Shown here one piece after another: positions 17,715-25,511 of a DNA stretch of 32,000 nt (position 1 is its first letter; each line of letters starts with the position of its first letter). Location of the stretch: the NCBI RefSeq assembly GCF_000155895.1, contig NZ_DS995298.1, positions 1,110,001 through 1,142,000 of the forward strand. The letters are read 5' to 3'. Below the pieces are notes generated by a model that was not told the origin of the DNA, made no database searches, and worked only from the letters and a program-made list of their open reading frames with translations. This stretch comes from Candidatus Pelagibacter sp. HTCC7211. Its GTDB lineage: Bacteria > Pseudomonadota > Alphaproteobacteria > Pelagibacterales > Pelagibacteraceae. The translations under genes were made by a program, and so were the position numbers.

Positions 17715-19016
17715 TTAGTCTCTGATTGCGTAAGCAATTACACCTGTTTCAGTAACGTCTGTTCCTTTAGTTTCAGCTTCTTTACTCAATCTGATTCCAA
17801 ACGTAGCTTTCATTATTGACCATATGATGTAAGACACAGCAAACACAAAAATGTTTATTGAAAGTACACCAATTAATTGTGCACTAAACGATGCATCACT
17901 GTTTGTTAATGGCACTGCTAATGTTCCCCAAATTCCAGCAAACATGTGAGCTGGAATTGCACCTACTACATCGTCAAGTTTGAAACTGAATAATAATTTA
18001 GTTCCAAATACTACGATTAATCCACCTACAGCTCCAATTAAAATAGCAGCTAAAGGTGTTGGTGCTAATGGTTCAGCTGTAACAGCTACAAGGCCACCAA
18101 TTGCTCCGTTTAACATTTGAATTACATCTGTTTTACCATACATTAATCTTGTAATGATTGCAGCAGCCATAACACCTCCACAAGCAGCAAGATTAGTATT
18201 AATAAATATACCCGATACGGCAACTGCATCATCAAATGTTCCAATAGCTAGTTGAGATCCACCATTGAATCCAAACCAACCTAACCATAATATGAATACA
18301 CCAACAGTTACTAACGGAATTGAAGAAGCAGCAAAAGGTTGTAATGCTTTAGGATTACCTTTGCTATCAAATCTTCCAGTTCTAGCACCTAACAAAATAA
18401 TACCAGCTAAAGCAGCTGCACCACCAGTTGAGTGTACTAATGTAGAACCAGCAAAATCAGAGAAGCCTAGTTCTGCCAACCAGCCTCCGCCCCATTGCCA
18501 ACCCATAACGATTGGATAAATTATCCCAGCTAAAATAGCTGCAAATAAGAAAAACGGCCATAACTTAATTCTTTCAGCCATTGCACCTGAACAAATTGAA
18601 ACTGTTGTTGCGCAGAATACCATTTGGAAGAACCAGTCTGATCCATCAGCATAACCTGTATCAACTGCACTTGCATCTGACCATGGTGTAAATGTTCCTA
18701 TGTATCCTCCTTCAGGAATTCCATAAGCTAAATTATAACCAAAAAGCCAAAACATAATTCCAGCAATTGAATATAGACCTATATTTTTAGCACAAATTAC
18801 TGATACACTTTTTGAAGTTACCATACCAGATTCTAGCATAGCAAAACCCGCCGCCATGAACATGACAAGGAAACCACAAATTAAAAATAGAAGCGAGTTA
18901 AATATCGCTTGAACTTCTCCAGAGACAGTTGTCTCCGCCATACCCGCACTACTCATGTTTAATAAAAATATTAAACTCAGAAGCGGTGTTGATATTTTTT
19001 TTATTATTTTAGTCAT
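17715..19016 (-). CDS. amt: Ammonium transporter (Amt family) with N-terminal signal peptide
   Basis: Amt motifs AGFAMLESG and WFGFNGGS. 433 aa with about 11 TM helices. A GGAGG Shine-Dalgarno lies 4 nt upstream of the ATG. Confidence 0.9.
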   Translation of the reverse strand: MTKIIKKISTPLLSLIFLLNMSSAGMAETTVSGEVQAIFNSLLFLICGFLVMFMAAGFAMLESGMVTSKSVSVICAKNIGLYSIAGIMFWLFGYNLAYGIPEGGYIGTFTPWSDASAVDTGYADGSDWFFQMVFCATTVSICSGAMAERIKLWPFFLFAAILAGIIYPIVMGWQWGGGWLAELGFSDFAGSTLVHSTGGAAALAGIILLGARTGRFDSKGNPKALQPFAASSIPLVTVGVFILWLGWFGFNGGSQLAIGTFDDAVAVSGIFINTNLAACGGVMAAAIITRLMYGKTDVIQMLNGAIGGLVAVTAEPLAPTPLAAILIGAVGGLIVVFGTKLLFSFKLDDVVGAIPAHMFAGIWGTLAVPLTNSDASFSAQLIGVLSINIFVFAVSYIIWSIMKATFGIRLSKEAETKGTDVTETGVIAYAIRD

Positions 19017-19112
19017 TAGACCTCCACTTGTTTAAGTGGTGACTTATAGTTTCATTTATTCTTTAAACTAACGCTGATTAGGTAAACTGGATATGCATTT
19101 TTTGCATATAGT

Positions 19113-19148
19113 AACAGCCCTAAACGTATTTTAAACGTTAGGGCTGTT
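19113..19148. other. 14-bp (one bulge) hairpin/palindrome between hup and amt
   Basis: AACAGCCCTAAACGT-attttaa-ACGTTAGGGCTGTT. On the transcribed (minus) strand the T8 run precedes the stem rather than following it, so this is not a canonical intrinsic terminator. Confidence 0.6.
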
Positions 19149-19156
19149 AAAAAAAA

Positions 19157-19432
19157 TTATTTATTGAATACTTCTTTTAAAGCTTTTGCTGGTAAGAATT
19201 TTACTTTTTGAGAAGCAGCGATTTGAATTTGCTCACCTGTTCTCGGGTTTCTTCCAACTCTTGCTTTTCTCTTAGCTACTTTATAAGTACCAAATCCAGC
19301 AATTTTTACTGAATCATCACCTTTTAATGCGTCCAAAATGGTGTTTGTTATTGTATCAAATGTTCTTTCAGCATCGGCTTTACTCATATTTAATGAGCCT
19401 GAAAGCTGGGCAATTAGTTGTTTTTTGTTCAT
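19157..19432 (-). CDS. hup: HU family DNA-binding protein
   Basis: 91 aa with the GFGTYKV and GRNPRTGE arm motif. Confidence 0.9.
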   Translation of the reverse strand: MNKKQLIAQLSGSLNMSKADAERTFDTITNTILDALKGDDSVKIAGFGTYKVAKRKARVGRNPRTGEQIQIAASQKVKFLPAKALKEVFNK

Positions 19433-19588
19433 TTTAGCTCCGGTTTTGTTGATTAATTATCATACTTGTCATAAACGTTGATAAATCAAGCTTTTTTTTA
19501 GTGTCTCTTAAATTTTTCAACACAATATATAGTTTGGGCTAAATTAAGCGCTATTTTAAAGGCTTATTAAACAAATTAAACTTATTAA

Positions 19589-20701
19589 TTAACTGAATAA
19601 ACCCAAGTCTTTTAAGTCATTAAACGTTGTAAAAAACATCAATGATATCAATAAAAACATACCGATTCGAAAAAAACCTTCCTGAGTTTTTTGAGATAAT
19701 GGACGTCCTAAAACCTTTTCAAAAGCATAAAACATTAGGTGACCACCGTCTAACATTGGTATTGGAAATAAATTAATAAGTCCAAGACTTATAGAGATAT
19801 AAGCCATGATAGAAATAAAAGGAAGAATACCAATTTCAGCAACTTGACCAGTAATTTTAGCTATTCTTATTGGGCCTCCTAATTGAGAACTGTCACCAGT
19901 CCCTTTAATCATAGTGCCTATATATTTAAGTGAGGCCGCGCTAACAAAGTAAACTTCTTTAATTGAATGAATTAAAGCCTGAGTAGGACCAAGTTTTACA
20001 TGATTTATTTCATTATTATATGCACCAAGTTTAATGCCAACCATTCTTTTGTTAATTTTGTTTCCTAAATTATCATCACTTAAAACTATATTTGGTGTAA
20101 TTTTAAGTAAGTATTCTTGATCTAATCTTTCGACTTTAAAATCAATAACATCTCCTGTTGAAGTAGTAATAAACTTTGAGACATCCATAATGCTGTTAAC
20201 TTTGTTACCATCAATTTCTAAAATGATATCATTTTGTTTTAGCCCACCTATCATTGCAGGGCTATCTTTTTGAACTTCATTGATAACAGCAGGGGTAAAA
20301 TCTTTTCCTATAAAAGTATAAATAGAAAAAAAAATAACTATAGCTAATAAAAAATTAGCCAAGGGTCCACCAAATACAATTAATGCTCTTTGATACAAAG
20401 GTTTAATAACAAATAATTTATCTTGATCTTCTTTACTATATTGTTCTAAAATTTTTTCATGGTCAGCTTGTGAAAACACATTTCTATCTCCAAAAAATTT
20501 CACATATCCGCCCAAAGGTATCCAACAAATTTTCCATCTTGTGCCTGATTTATCATTCCATCCAAAAATTTCTTTTCCAAATCCAATGGAAAAATCAGTA
20601 ACACCTACTCCATATTTCCTTGCGAAATAATAGTGTCCATACTCGTGTATGAATACAACTACTAGAATTAGAATTATAAATGGAACTATATATGTAAGCA
20701 T
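19589..20701 (-). CDS. rseP: RIP zinc metalloprotease RseP (M50 family)
   Basis: HEYGHY (HExxH) in TM1, a central PDZ-like segment, and NLFPIPMLDGGH. Confidence 0.9.
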   Translation of the reverse strand: MLTYIVPFIILILVVVFIHEYGHYYFARKYGVGVTDFSIGFGKEIFGWNDKSGTRWKICWIPLGGYVKFFGDRNVFSQADHEKILEQYSKEDQDKLFVIKPLYQRALIVFGGPLANFLLAIVIFFSIYTFIGKDFTPAVINEVQKDSPAMIGGLKQNDIILEIDGNKVNSIMDVSKFITTSTGDVIDFKVERLDQEYLLKITPNIVLSDDNLGNKINKRMVGIKLGAYNNEINHVKLGPTQALIHSIKEVYFVSAASLKYIGTMIKGTGDSSQLGGPIRIAKITGQVAEIGILPFISIMAYISISLGLINLFPIPMLDGGHLMFYAFEKVLGRPLSQKTQEGFFRIGMFLLISLMFFTTFNDLKDLGLFS

Positions 20702-20707
20702 AAATAA

Positions 20708-21157
20708 TTATTTTAATGTTCCCTCTAAAACATATTTTAATATACGAACAACCTGTTTTTGATCAGACGCAACTGCTGATGCAGCAGCATTAACTTCTTT
20801 TAGAGCATGAAGATGATCTTCGTTGTGAATAACAATTATAGATTTATTTAAAGCTGAAGCATAGCCTGCATCAAAGGCAGCATTCCATTGTTTATATTTT
20901 TCCCCAAATTTAACAACAACAACATCACTATCTTGAATAGATTTTTTAGTTCGAATTGAATTGATATTAGCTCCTTTACGGTCTTTCCACATATTTTTTT
21001 CTTCTTCTCCTAAAATCTCTACTCCACAATTATCAGAGGCCTCATGATCAGTTACTGGAGAAGTGAATTTGATATCTAATTTTTCTTTAGCACAAAGATC
21101 AATAATTTCATCACGCCAACTAGTATGGATTTCACCAGCCAGATACACTTTCAACAT
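20708..21157 (-). CDS. ytoQ: YtoQ family protein (nucleoside 2-deoxyribosyltransferase-like fold, function unknown)
   Basis: VYLAGEIHTSWRDEI and FGEKYKQWNAAFDAGYA closely match my memory of B. subtilis YtoQ. 149 aa. Confidence 0.75.
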   Translation of the reverse strand: MLKVYLAGEIHTSWRDEIIDLCAKEKLDIKFTSPVTDHEASDNCGVEILGEEEKNMWKDRKGANINSIRTKKSIQDSDVVVVKFGEKYKQWNAAFDAGYASALNKSIIVIHNEDHLHALKEVNAAASAVASDQKQVVRILKYVLEGTLK

Positions 21158-21210
21158 ATAATTCTCCTTATTATAAATACTTAAATTTAATAAATATTTA
21201 TTAACTTATA

Positions 21211-22557
21211 TCAAACATTAAGCTTATCCTTAATTGTATAAAACCACACAGCCAATCTAAAATAAAATATCCTTAATTGAGGAAATATAAATTTTTTTGG
21301 TAATCCCTTATAAATCTTTGAAATATTAAGATCTTTACTATTTGAGGAAAAGACTAGTTTAGATAGCTGTTTTCCAGTCCAGGGAGCTGCGCTCACCCCT
21401 ACTCCATTATAGCCAAATCCATAATAAATTTCCTCGTTTTCAATTTTACCAATTGATGGGTTGAGTTTTTGAGATAAGGCAATTAAGCCCCTCCAATTAT
21501 AATCAATTGAGACATTTGACCATTTTGGAAATATATATTTTAAAAACTTCTCCATTTTTTTCGACATAGCTAAATTTGACTGATCACTTCCAGTCAAATC
21601 CCCCCTAGTTCCAAACAAAATCCGATTGTCAGGTAGCTTTCGATAATAATACAATAGATTTTTAGTATTAGCGATTGGTGAAAATGTTTTGAAGTTGTGA
21701 GCATTAAGTTCATCCTCATTAAGCTTTCTAGTAACAATTACATTTGAAATGATTGGTAATATTCTGCCATCCATTTGAGAAATTAATCCCTCTTGATAAA
21801 ATCCATTAGTTGCAACAACTATTTTTTTTGACCGAATAGATCCCTCTTTAGTTTTTAAAATATAAGATCCATTTTTTTTATCAATCTTATCTACTTTGGT
21901 ATTTTCATATATCTTTAATTTTTTAGATAAAGCATATCTTGCAATTCCATTAACAAATTTAAGAGGATTTATTGCGAAACCAGGTTTATAGGAAAATGCT
22001 CCAAATTGTTCCGTTCCTCCATGACCAATTTCATTAAATTGTTCTTTAGAATAGATCTCAGTTTCAATACCAAACTCAGATTTATAAACCTCGGCTTGTT
22101 CTTTTATTTGTTCAAATTTATTTTTATGATGAGCAACAACGTAATTACTATCTCCTGTTACATCACAATCAATATTATATTCTTTTATGATATCTTTTGT
22201 ATGATTTGAGCCCTCAACAGAATTTTTAAAAAAGTTTTTTGTTTCTTCTCTTCCATAAATAGATTGCATTTTTTTAAAAGACATTTTGCTTGGTGGTAGG
22301 CAATTAAATCCAGCATTACGAGATGATGCACCCCATCCAATTTTTCCCGCCTCAACTAAAATCACATCTAAGTTATGATTTTCAATCAAATTAATTGCAC
22401 ATAATAAACCTGTATAACCCCCACCAATAACAACTATTTCTGAGTTGGTATCTTTGGTTAGTTTTTTTAAGTTTAAGTTTTCTTGTGAAATATCTTCCCA
22501 GTAACTATTGATAGGAGTTTCAAATTTATAAATATCTGAATGATAGATATTTTTCAT
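21211..22557 (-). CDS. FAD-dependent oxidoreductase, PuuB/OrdL-like (gamma-glutamyl-amine oxidase family)
   Basis: SYWEDIS...VVIGGGYTGLLCA N-terminal layout typical of PuuB/OrdL DAO-family enzymes. 448 aa. Confidence 0.65.
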   Translation of the reverse strand: MKNIYHSDIYKFETPINSYWEDISQENLNLKKLTKDTNSEIVVIGGGYTGLLCAINLIENHNLDVILVEAGKIGWGASSRNAGFNCLPPSKMSFKKMQSIYGREETKNFFKNSVEGSNHTKDIIKEYNIDCDVTGDSNYVVAHHKNKFEQIKEQAEVYKSEFGIETEIYSKEQFNEIGHGGTEQFGAFSYKPGFAINPLKFVNGIARYALSKKLKIYENTKVDKIDKKNGSYILKTKEGSIRSKKIVVATNGFYQEGLISQMDGRILPIISNVIVTRKLNEDELNAHNFKTFSPIANTKNLLYYYRKLPDNRILFGTRGDLTGSDQSNLAMSKKMEKFLKYIFPKWSNVSIDYNWRGLIALSQKLNPSIGKIENEEIYYGFGYNGVGVSAAPWTGKQLSKLVFSSNSKDLNISKIYKGLPKKFIFPQLRIFYFRLAVWFYTIKDKLNV

Positions 22558-23036
22558 TTTTTTGTATTTAGATATTCTTTAATTCTAATAATACTTTCTT
22601 TTGGCCAGGTTTCTTTTGGGTCATACATTTTCTCAAAACAATTATTAATATTTGATAAATTTACCCATTCATCTTTATCTTTAGTAAATATGTGAGCTTG
22701 TGGGGGAAATTCGTCAGATTTTTCTAAAGTTTTAGTTCTAACATTTAATCTACCAATCGCAGACTCATAATCTGTGTAAATATAAGACCCACATTTGTTA
22801 CAGAAAAATATTTTAACAGATTTGCCGCTACCAGCTTGGAGTTTAATAGTTGATGAAATTTCTCCTTCAATACTTAAAGTATTATCCAGAACACTTGAAT
22901 TGATAACATAAGATGAACCTGTTAAAATTTTACAATCTTTGCAATGACAGGCCTGAGTAAATAATGGTTTTTCAGTAAGTTTGTATTTAACTGCACCACA
23001 CAAACATTTACCTTTTAATTCAATTTTATTATTCAT
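22554..23036 (-). CDS. GFA (glutathione-dependent formaldehyde-activating enzyme / CENP-V) family zinc protein
   Basis: Cys ligand pattern CLCGAVKY, CHCKDCK and CNKCGS. 160 aa. Confidence 0.8.
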   Translation of the reverse strand: MNNKIELKGKCLCGAVKYKLTEKPLFTQACHCKDCKILTGSSYVINSSVLDNTLSIEGEISSTIKLQAGSGKSVKIFFCNKCGSYIYTDYESAIGRLNVRTKTLEKSDEFPPQAHIFTKDKDEWVNLSNINNCFEKMYDPKETWPKESIIRIKEYLNTKK

Positions 23037-23658
23037 TACTTACTTTTTGAACTAAAGATGCGCTATTATTTGTCGGTTTATTTACATCCTTTGACACCTC
23101 ATGAAATATAAGATCTGGTTTATTACATTCATTTAAGAAGTTTGAACCCTGTAATTCCAAATTTAAATATCTATTAACATCTGTTTGATTAATTATAACT
23201 GGTTGTCTATGATGAATTTCGCTTATATTTTCTTTAGCTTCTTCAGTAATTAAACAAAACTGATCGTCTTCAAAAATACCAGCAAAAAATATTAAATTTC
23301 CATCCTTTCTTGTGAAATAATGTGGAGTTTTTTCTTTTTCCTCTCTTTTCCATTCATAAAAACCGTCTGCTACAGCAACACATCTATTATTTTTAATTAG
23401 TTTTTTAAATGAAACTTTCTCATCGATAGTCTCTAATCTTGCATTAATTAATGCTTTAAAATCTTTATCTTTAGCCCAGCCTGGAATTAAACCCCATTTA
23501 AGTGACTCTAATGTATTTCCATTTTTATATTTTTTAATAACTGGAAGTTTTTGATAAGGATGTGCGTTATAGTTTTCAATATCATCAACCTGAATAGCTG
23601 ATTTAACTAATTTACTTGTTTTGGTTACAGGATTTTTAACAACATATCGTCCACACAT
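23029..23658 (-). CDS. SOS response-associated peptidase (SRAP/YedK) abasic-site processing protein
   Basis: Invariant N-terminal MCGRY (catalytic Cys2) in a 209-aa SRAP-size protein. Confidence 0.85.
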   Translation of the reverse strand: MCGRYVVKNPVTKTSKLVKSAIQVDDIENYNAHPYQKLPVIKKYKNGNTLESLKWGLIPGWAKDKDFKALINARLETIDEKVSFKKLIKNNRCVAVADGFYEWKREEKEKTPHYFTRKDGNLIFFAGIFEDDQFCLITEEAKENISEIHHRQPVIINQTDVNRYLNLELQGSNFLNECNKPDLIFHEVSKDVNKPTNNSASLVQKVSNE

Positions 23659-24204
23659 TCAAATTGAGTCTCTTTTTATTAATTCTTGTATTTTTTTAAT
23701 CATAATTTTTGGAGATCTCATTGTAGGATAGATTTTTTCTGCCATTTGATAACTAAGAATTGCCTTTTCATAATTTTTAAGTTGAATATTTACTAAACCT
23801 TGACCGGCTAAAGCACCAAAATGTCTGTCTTCTAAATTAAGAACTTTATTAATATCATTCTGTGATTTTTCAAATTCACCAATCATATAATATACTGTAG
23901 CTCTTTTGTTCCAAGCTTCAGCCCAAGTTGGATCCATTTCAATTACCTCTGTGAAAACTGAAATGGCCCTAAATAAATTTTTATCCTGCATTAATTTAGA
24001 TCCTTCATTTAAAATTGATGTTAGTTTGTCATCAGTAGGATGTGTGCTCCAAAGATCCCAAATTTTTAGTTCAATATTCTTTGATAAAGTTGGATCATTT
24101 TTTTTTAAATCTATAAATAATTTATCTAGTTCTAAATTTCTTTCATTTGCAGCTAAAGTTGTAGTCGAAAAAAATAAAATAATAATTGTTAGAATCTTCT
24201 TCAT
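23659..24204 (-). CDS. Secreted TPR-repeat protein
   Basis: Signal peptide MKKILTIIILFFSTTTLAA followed by about 3 TPR-like repeats (WAEAWNKRATVYYMIGEFEKS...). Confidence 0.65.
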   Translation of the reverse strand: MKKILTIIILFFSTTTLAANERNLELDKLFIDLKKNDPTLSKNIELKIWDLWSTHPTDDKLTSILNEGSKLMQDKNLFRAISVFTEVIEMDPTWAEAWNKRATVYYMIGEFEKSQNDINKVLNLEDRHFGALAGQGLVNIQLKNYEKAILSYQMAEKIYPTMRSPKIMIKKIQELIKRDSI

Positions 24205-24238
24205 ACAAAAATGATAACAAAAAAATAATATTTAGTCT

Positions 24239-24847
24239 TTATAGATTTTCTAAGATAGCTTTTTTTAAAGTATTACCAATGATAATTGTACCTTGGTCAT
24301 TTGGATGCATGCCATCACTTAAATTAAACTTAGGATTTTGTGCCACACCCTCAAGTAGAAATGGAATTAATTGTAATTTATGTTTTTTTGACAAATCAGA
24401 AAAAATTTTATCAAAGGATTTCTTGTAGGCAAAACCATAAGATGTTGGTGCGATCATTCCTGCAATAATCACTTTTATATTTTTGTTTTTTGCAATTTGA
24501 ATTATTTCTTCTAAATTATTTTTTGTCTCCTTAGGATTAATGCCTCTAAGCATATCATTAGCTCCAAGACATAAGATCATAAGATCGATATTATTTTCTG
24601 ATAAAGTCCACTCAGCTATATTCAATCCGCCTGCGGAAGTACTGCCCGAAACACTACCATTAATTATTTTTATATTGTGTCCATCAAACTCCAAGCTTCT
24701 TTGTAAAACCACTGATAAATGTTGCTCATTCGGCAATCCATAACCTGCCATCAAGCTATCTCCAAACAATATTACTTTTTCTATAGCGCTCACCTTTATG
24801 GTGACTAGACAGAATACAATTATTTTAATAATAAAACTTTTATTCAT
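24239..24847 (-). CDS. tesA: SGNH/GDSL hydrolase, TesA-like arylesterase/thioesterase I
   Basis: Block I LFGDSLMAGYG and block V DGMHPN. The preferred start is M15 of the ORF-track frame (MNKSFIIKIIVFCL..., a signal peptide). It is divergent from ybbA as in E. coli. Confidence 0.8.
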   Translation of the reverse strand: MNKSFIIKIIVFCLVTIKVSAIEKVILFGDSLMAGYGLPNEQHLSVVLQRSLEFDGHNIKIINGSVSGSTSAGGLNIAEWTLSENNIDLMILCLGANDMLRGINPKETKNNLEEIIQIAKNKNIKVIIAGMIAPTSYGFAYKKSFDKIFSDLSKKHKLQLIPFLLEGVAQNPKFNLSDGMHPNDQGTIIIGNTLKKAILENL

Positions 24848-25511
24848 GAGCGTTCTTCTTAAATTAAATAAGGTAAATCTTAAATACAAAACTGGTAAAG
24901 ATAATATCAGAGTTTTAAAAGATGTTAACTTAACTACTAAGAAAAAAGAGACAATTTCTATTGTTGGAGAAAGTGGATCGGGAAAAACTAGTCTTATAAT
25001 GTTAATTGGAGGTTTAGAAAAAGCTACTTCTGGAAAAATTTTTTTTCAAAATCATGAACTTACAAAATTAAGTGAAGATGAAGTCTCTGAAATAAGAAGA
25101 AAAAATATTGGAATTATATTCCAGTCATTTTATTTAATCCCAAATTATACAGCAGTTGAAAACGTTGCATTAACACTTGAACTAAATAAATTCAAAAACC
25201 CTGAAAAAGAGTCAAAAATATTATTAGATAGATTTGGTCTTAGCCATCGATTTAATAATTTACCGAGCCAACTTTCAGGAGGAGAACAACAAAGAGTTGC
25301 TATAGCTCGAGCTATTGCAATGAAACCAGAATTAATCTTAGCAGATGAGCCTACCGGAAATTTAGATACTGAAAATTCTATAATGATTTCTGATGTATTA
25401 TTTAAATATGTGAAAGAAGAAGGTTCATCACTAATTATGGTAACACATGATCCAAAATTAGCAAATAAAGCAAAACGAAAAATTAAAATTAAAGATGGAA
25501 AAATTAGATAA
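24846..25511 (+). CDS. ybbA: ABC transporter ATP-binding protein YbbA/LolD-like
   Basis: Walker A GESGSGKTS, signature LSGGEQQRVAIARA and Walker B LILADEPTGNLD. The preferred start is M17 of the ORF-track frame (MSVLLKLNKVNLKY). Confidence 0.85.
   Translation: MSVLLKLNKVNLKYKTGKDNIRVLKDVNLTTKKKETISIVGESGSGKTSLIMLIGGLEKATSGKIFFQNHELTKLSEDEVSEIRRKNIGIIFQSFYLIPNYTAVENVALTLELNKFKNPEKESKILLDRFGLSHRFNNLPSQLSGGEQQRVAIARAIAMKPELILADEPTGNLDTENSIMISDVLFKYVKEEGSSLIMVTHDPKLANKAKRKIKIKDGKIR

Noticed and set aside
18265-18519. 84-aa plus-strand ORF inside amt; likewise 22006-22209(+) inside the FAD oxidase and 29073-29321(+) inside the regulator
   Set aside because: These are antisense shadows with Pro/Asn-rich or Phe/Leu-rich nonsense composition. 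There is no independent support for them.
24798-24889. Long N-terminal versions of tesA (start 24889) and ybbA (start 24798), implying a 92-nt antisense overlap
   Set aside because: The extensions (MYLRFTLFNLRRTL and MVTRQNTIILIIKLLF) precede a textbook signal peptide and a textbook ABC N-terminus that begin at internal Met codons. I therefore call the shorter forms, though this needs experimental confirmation.
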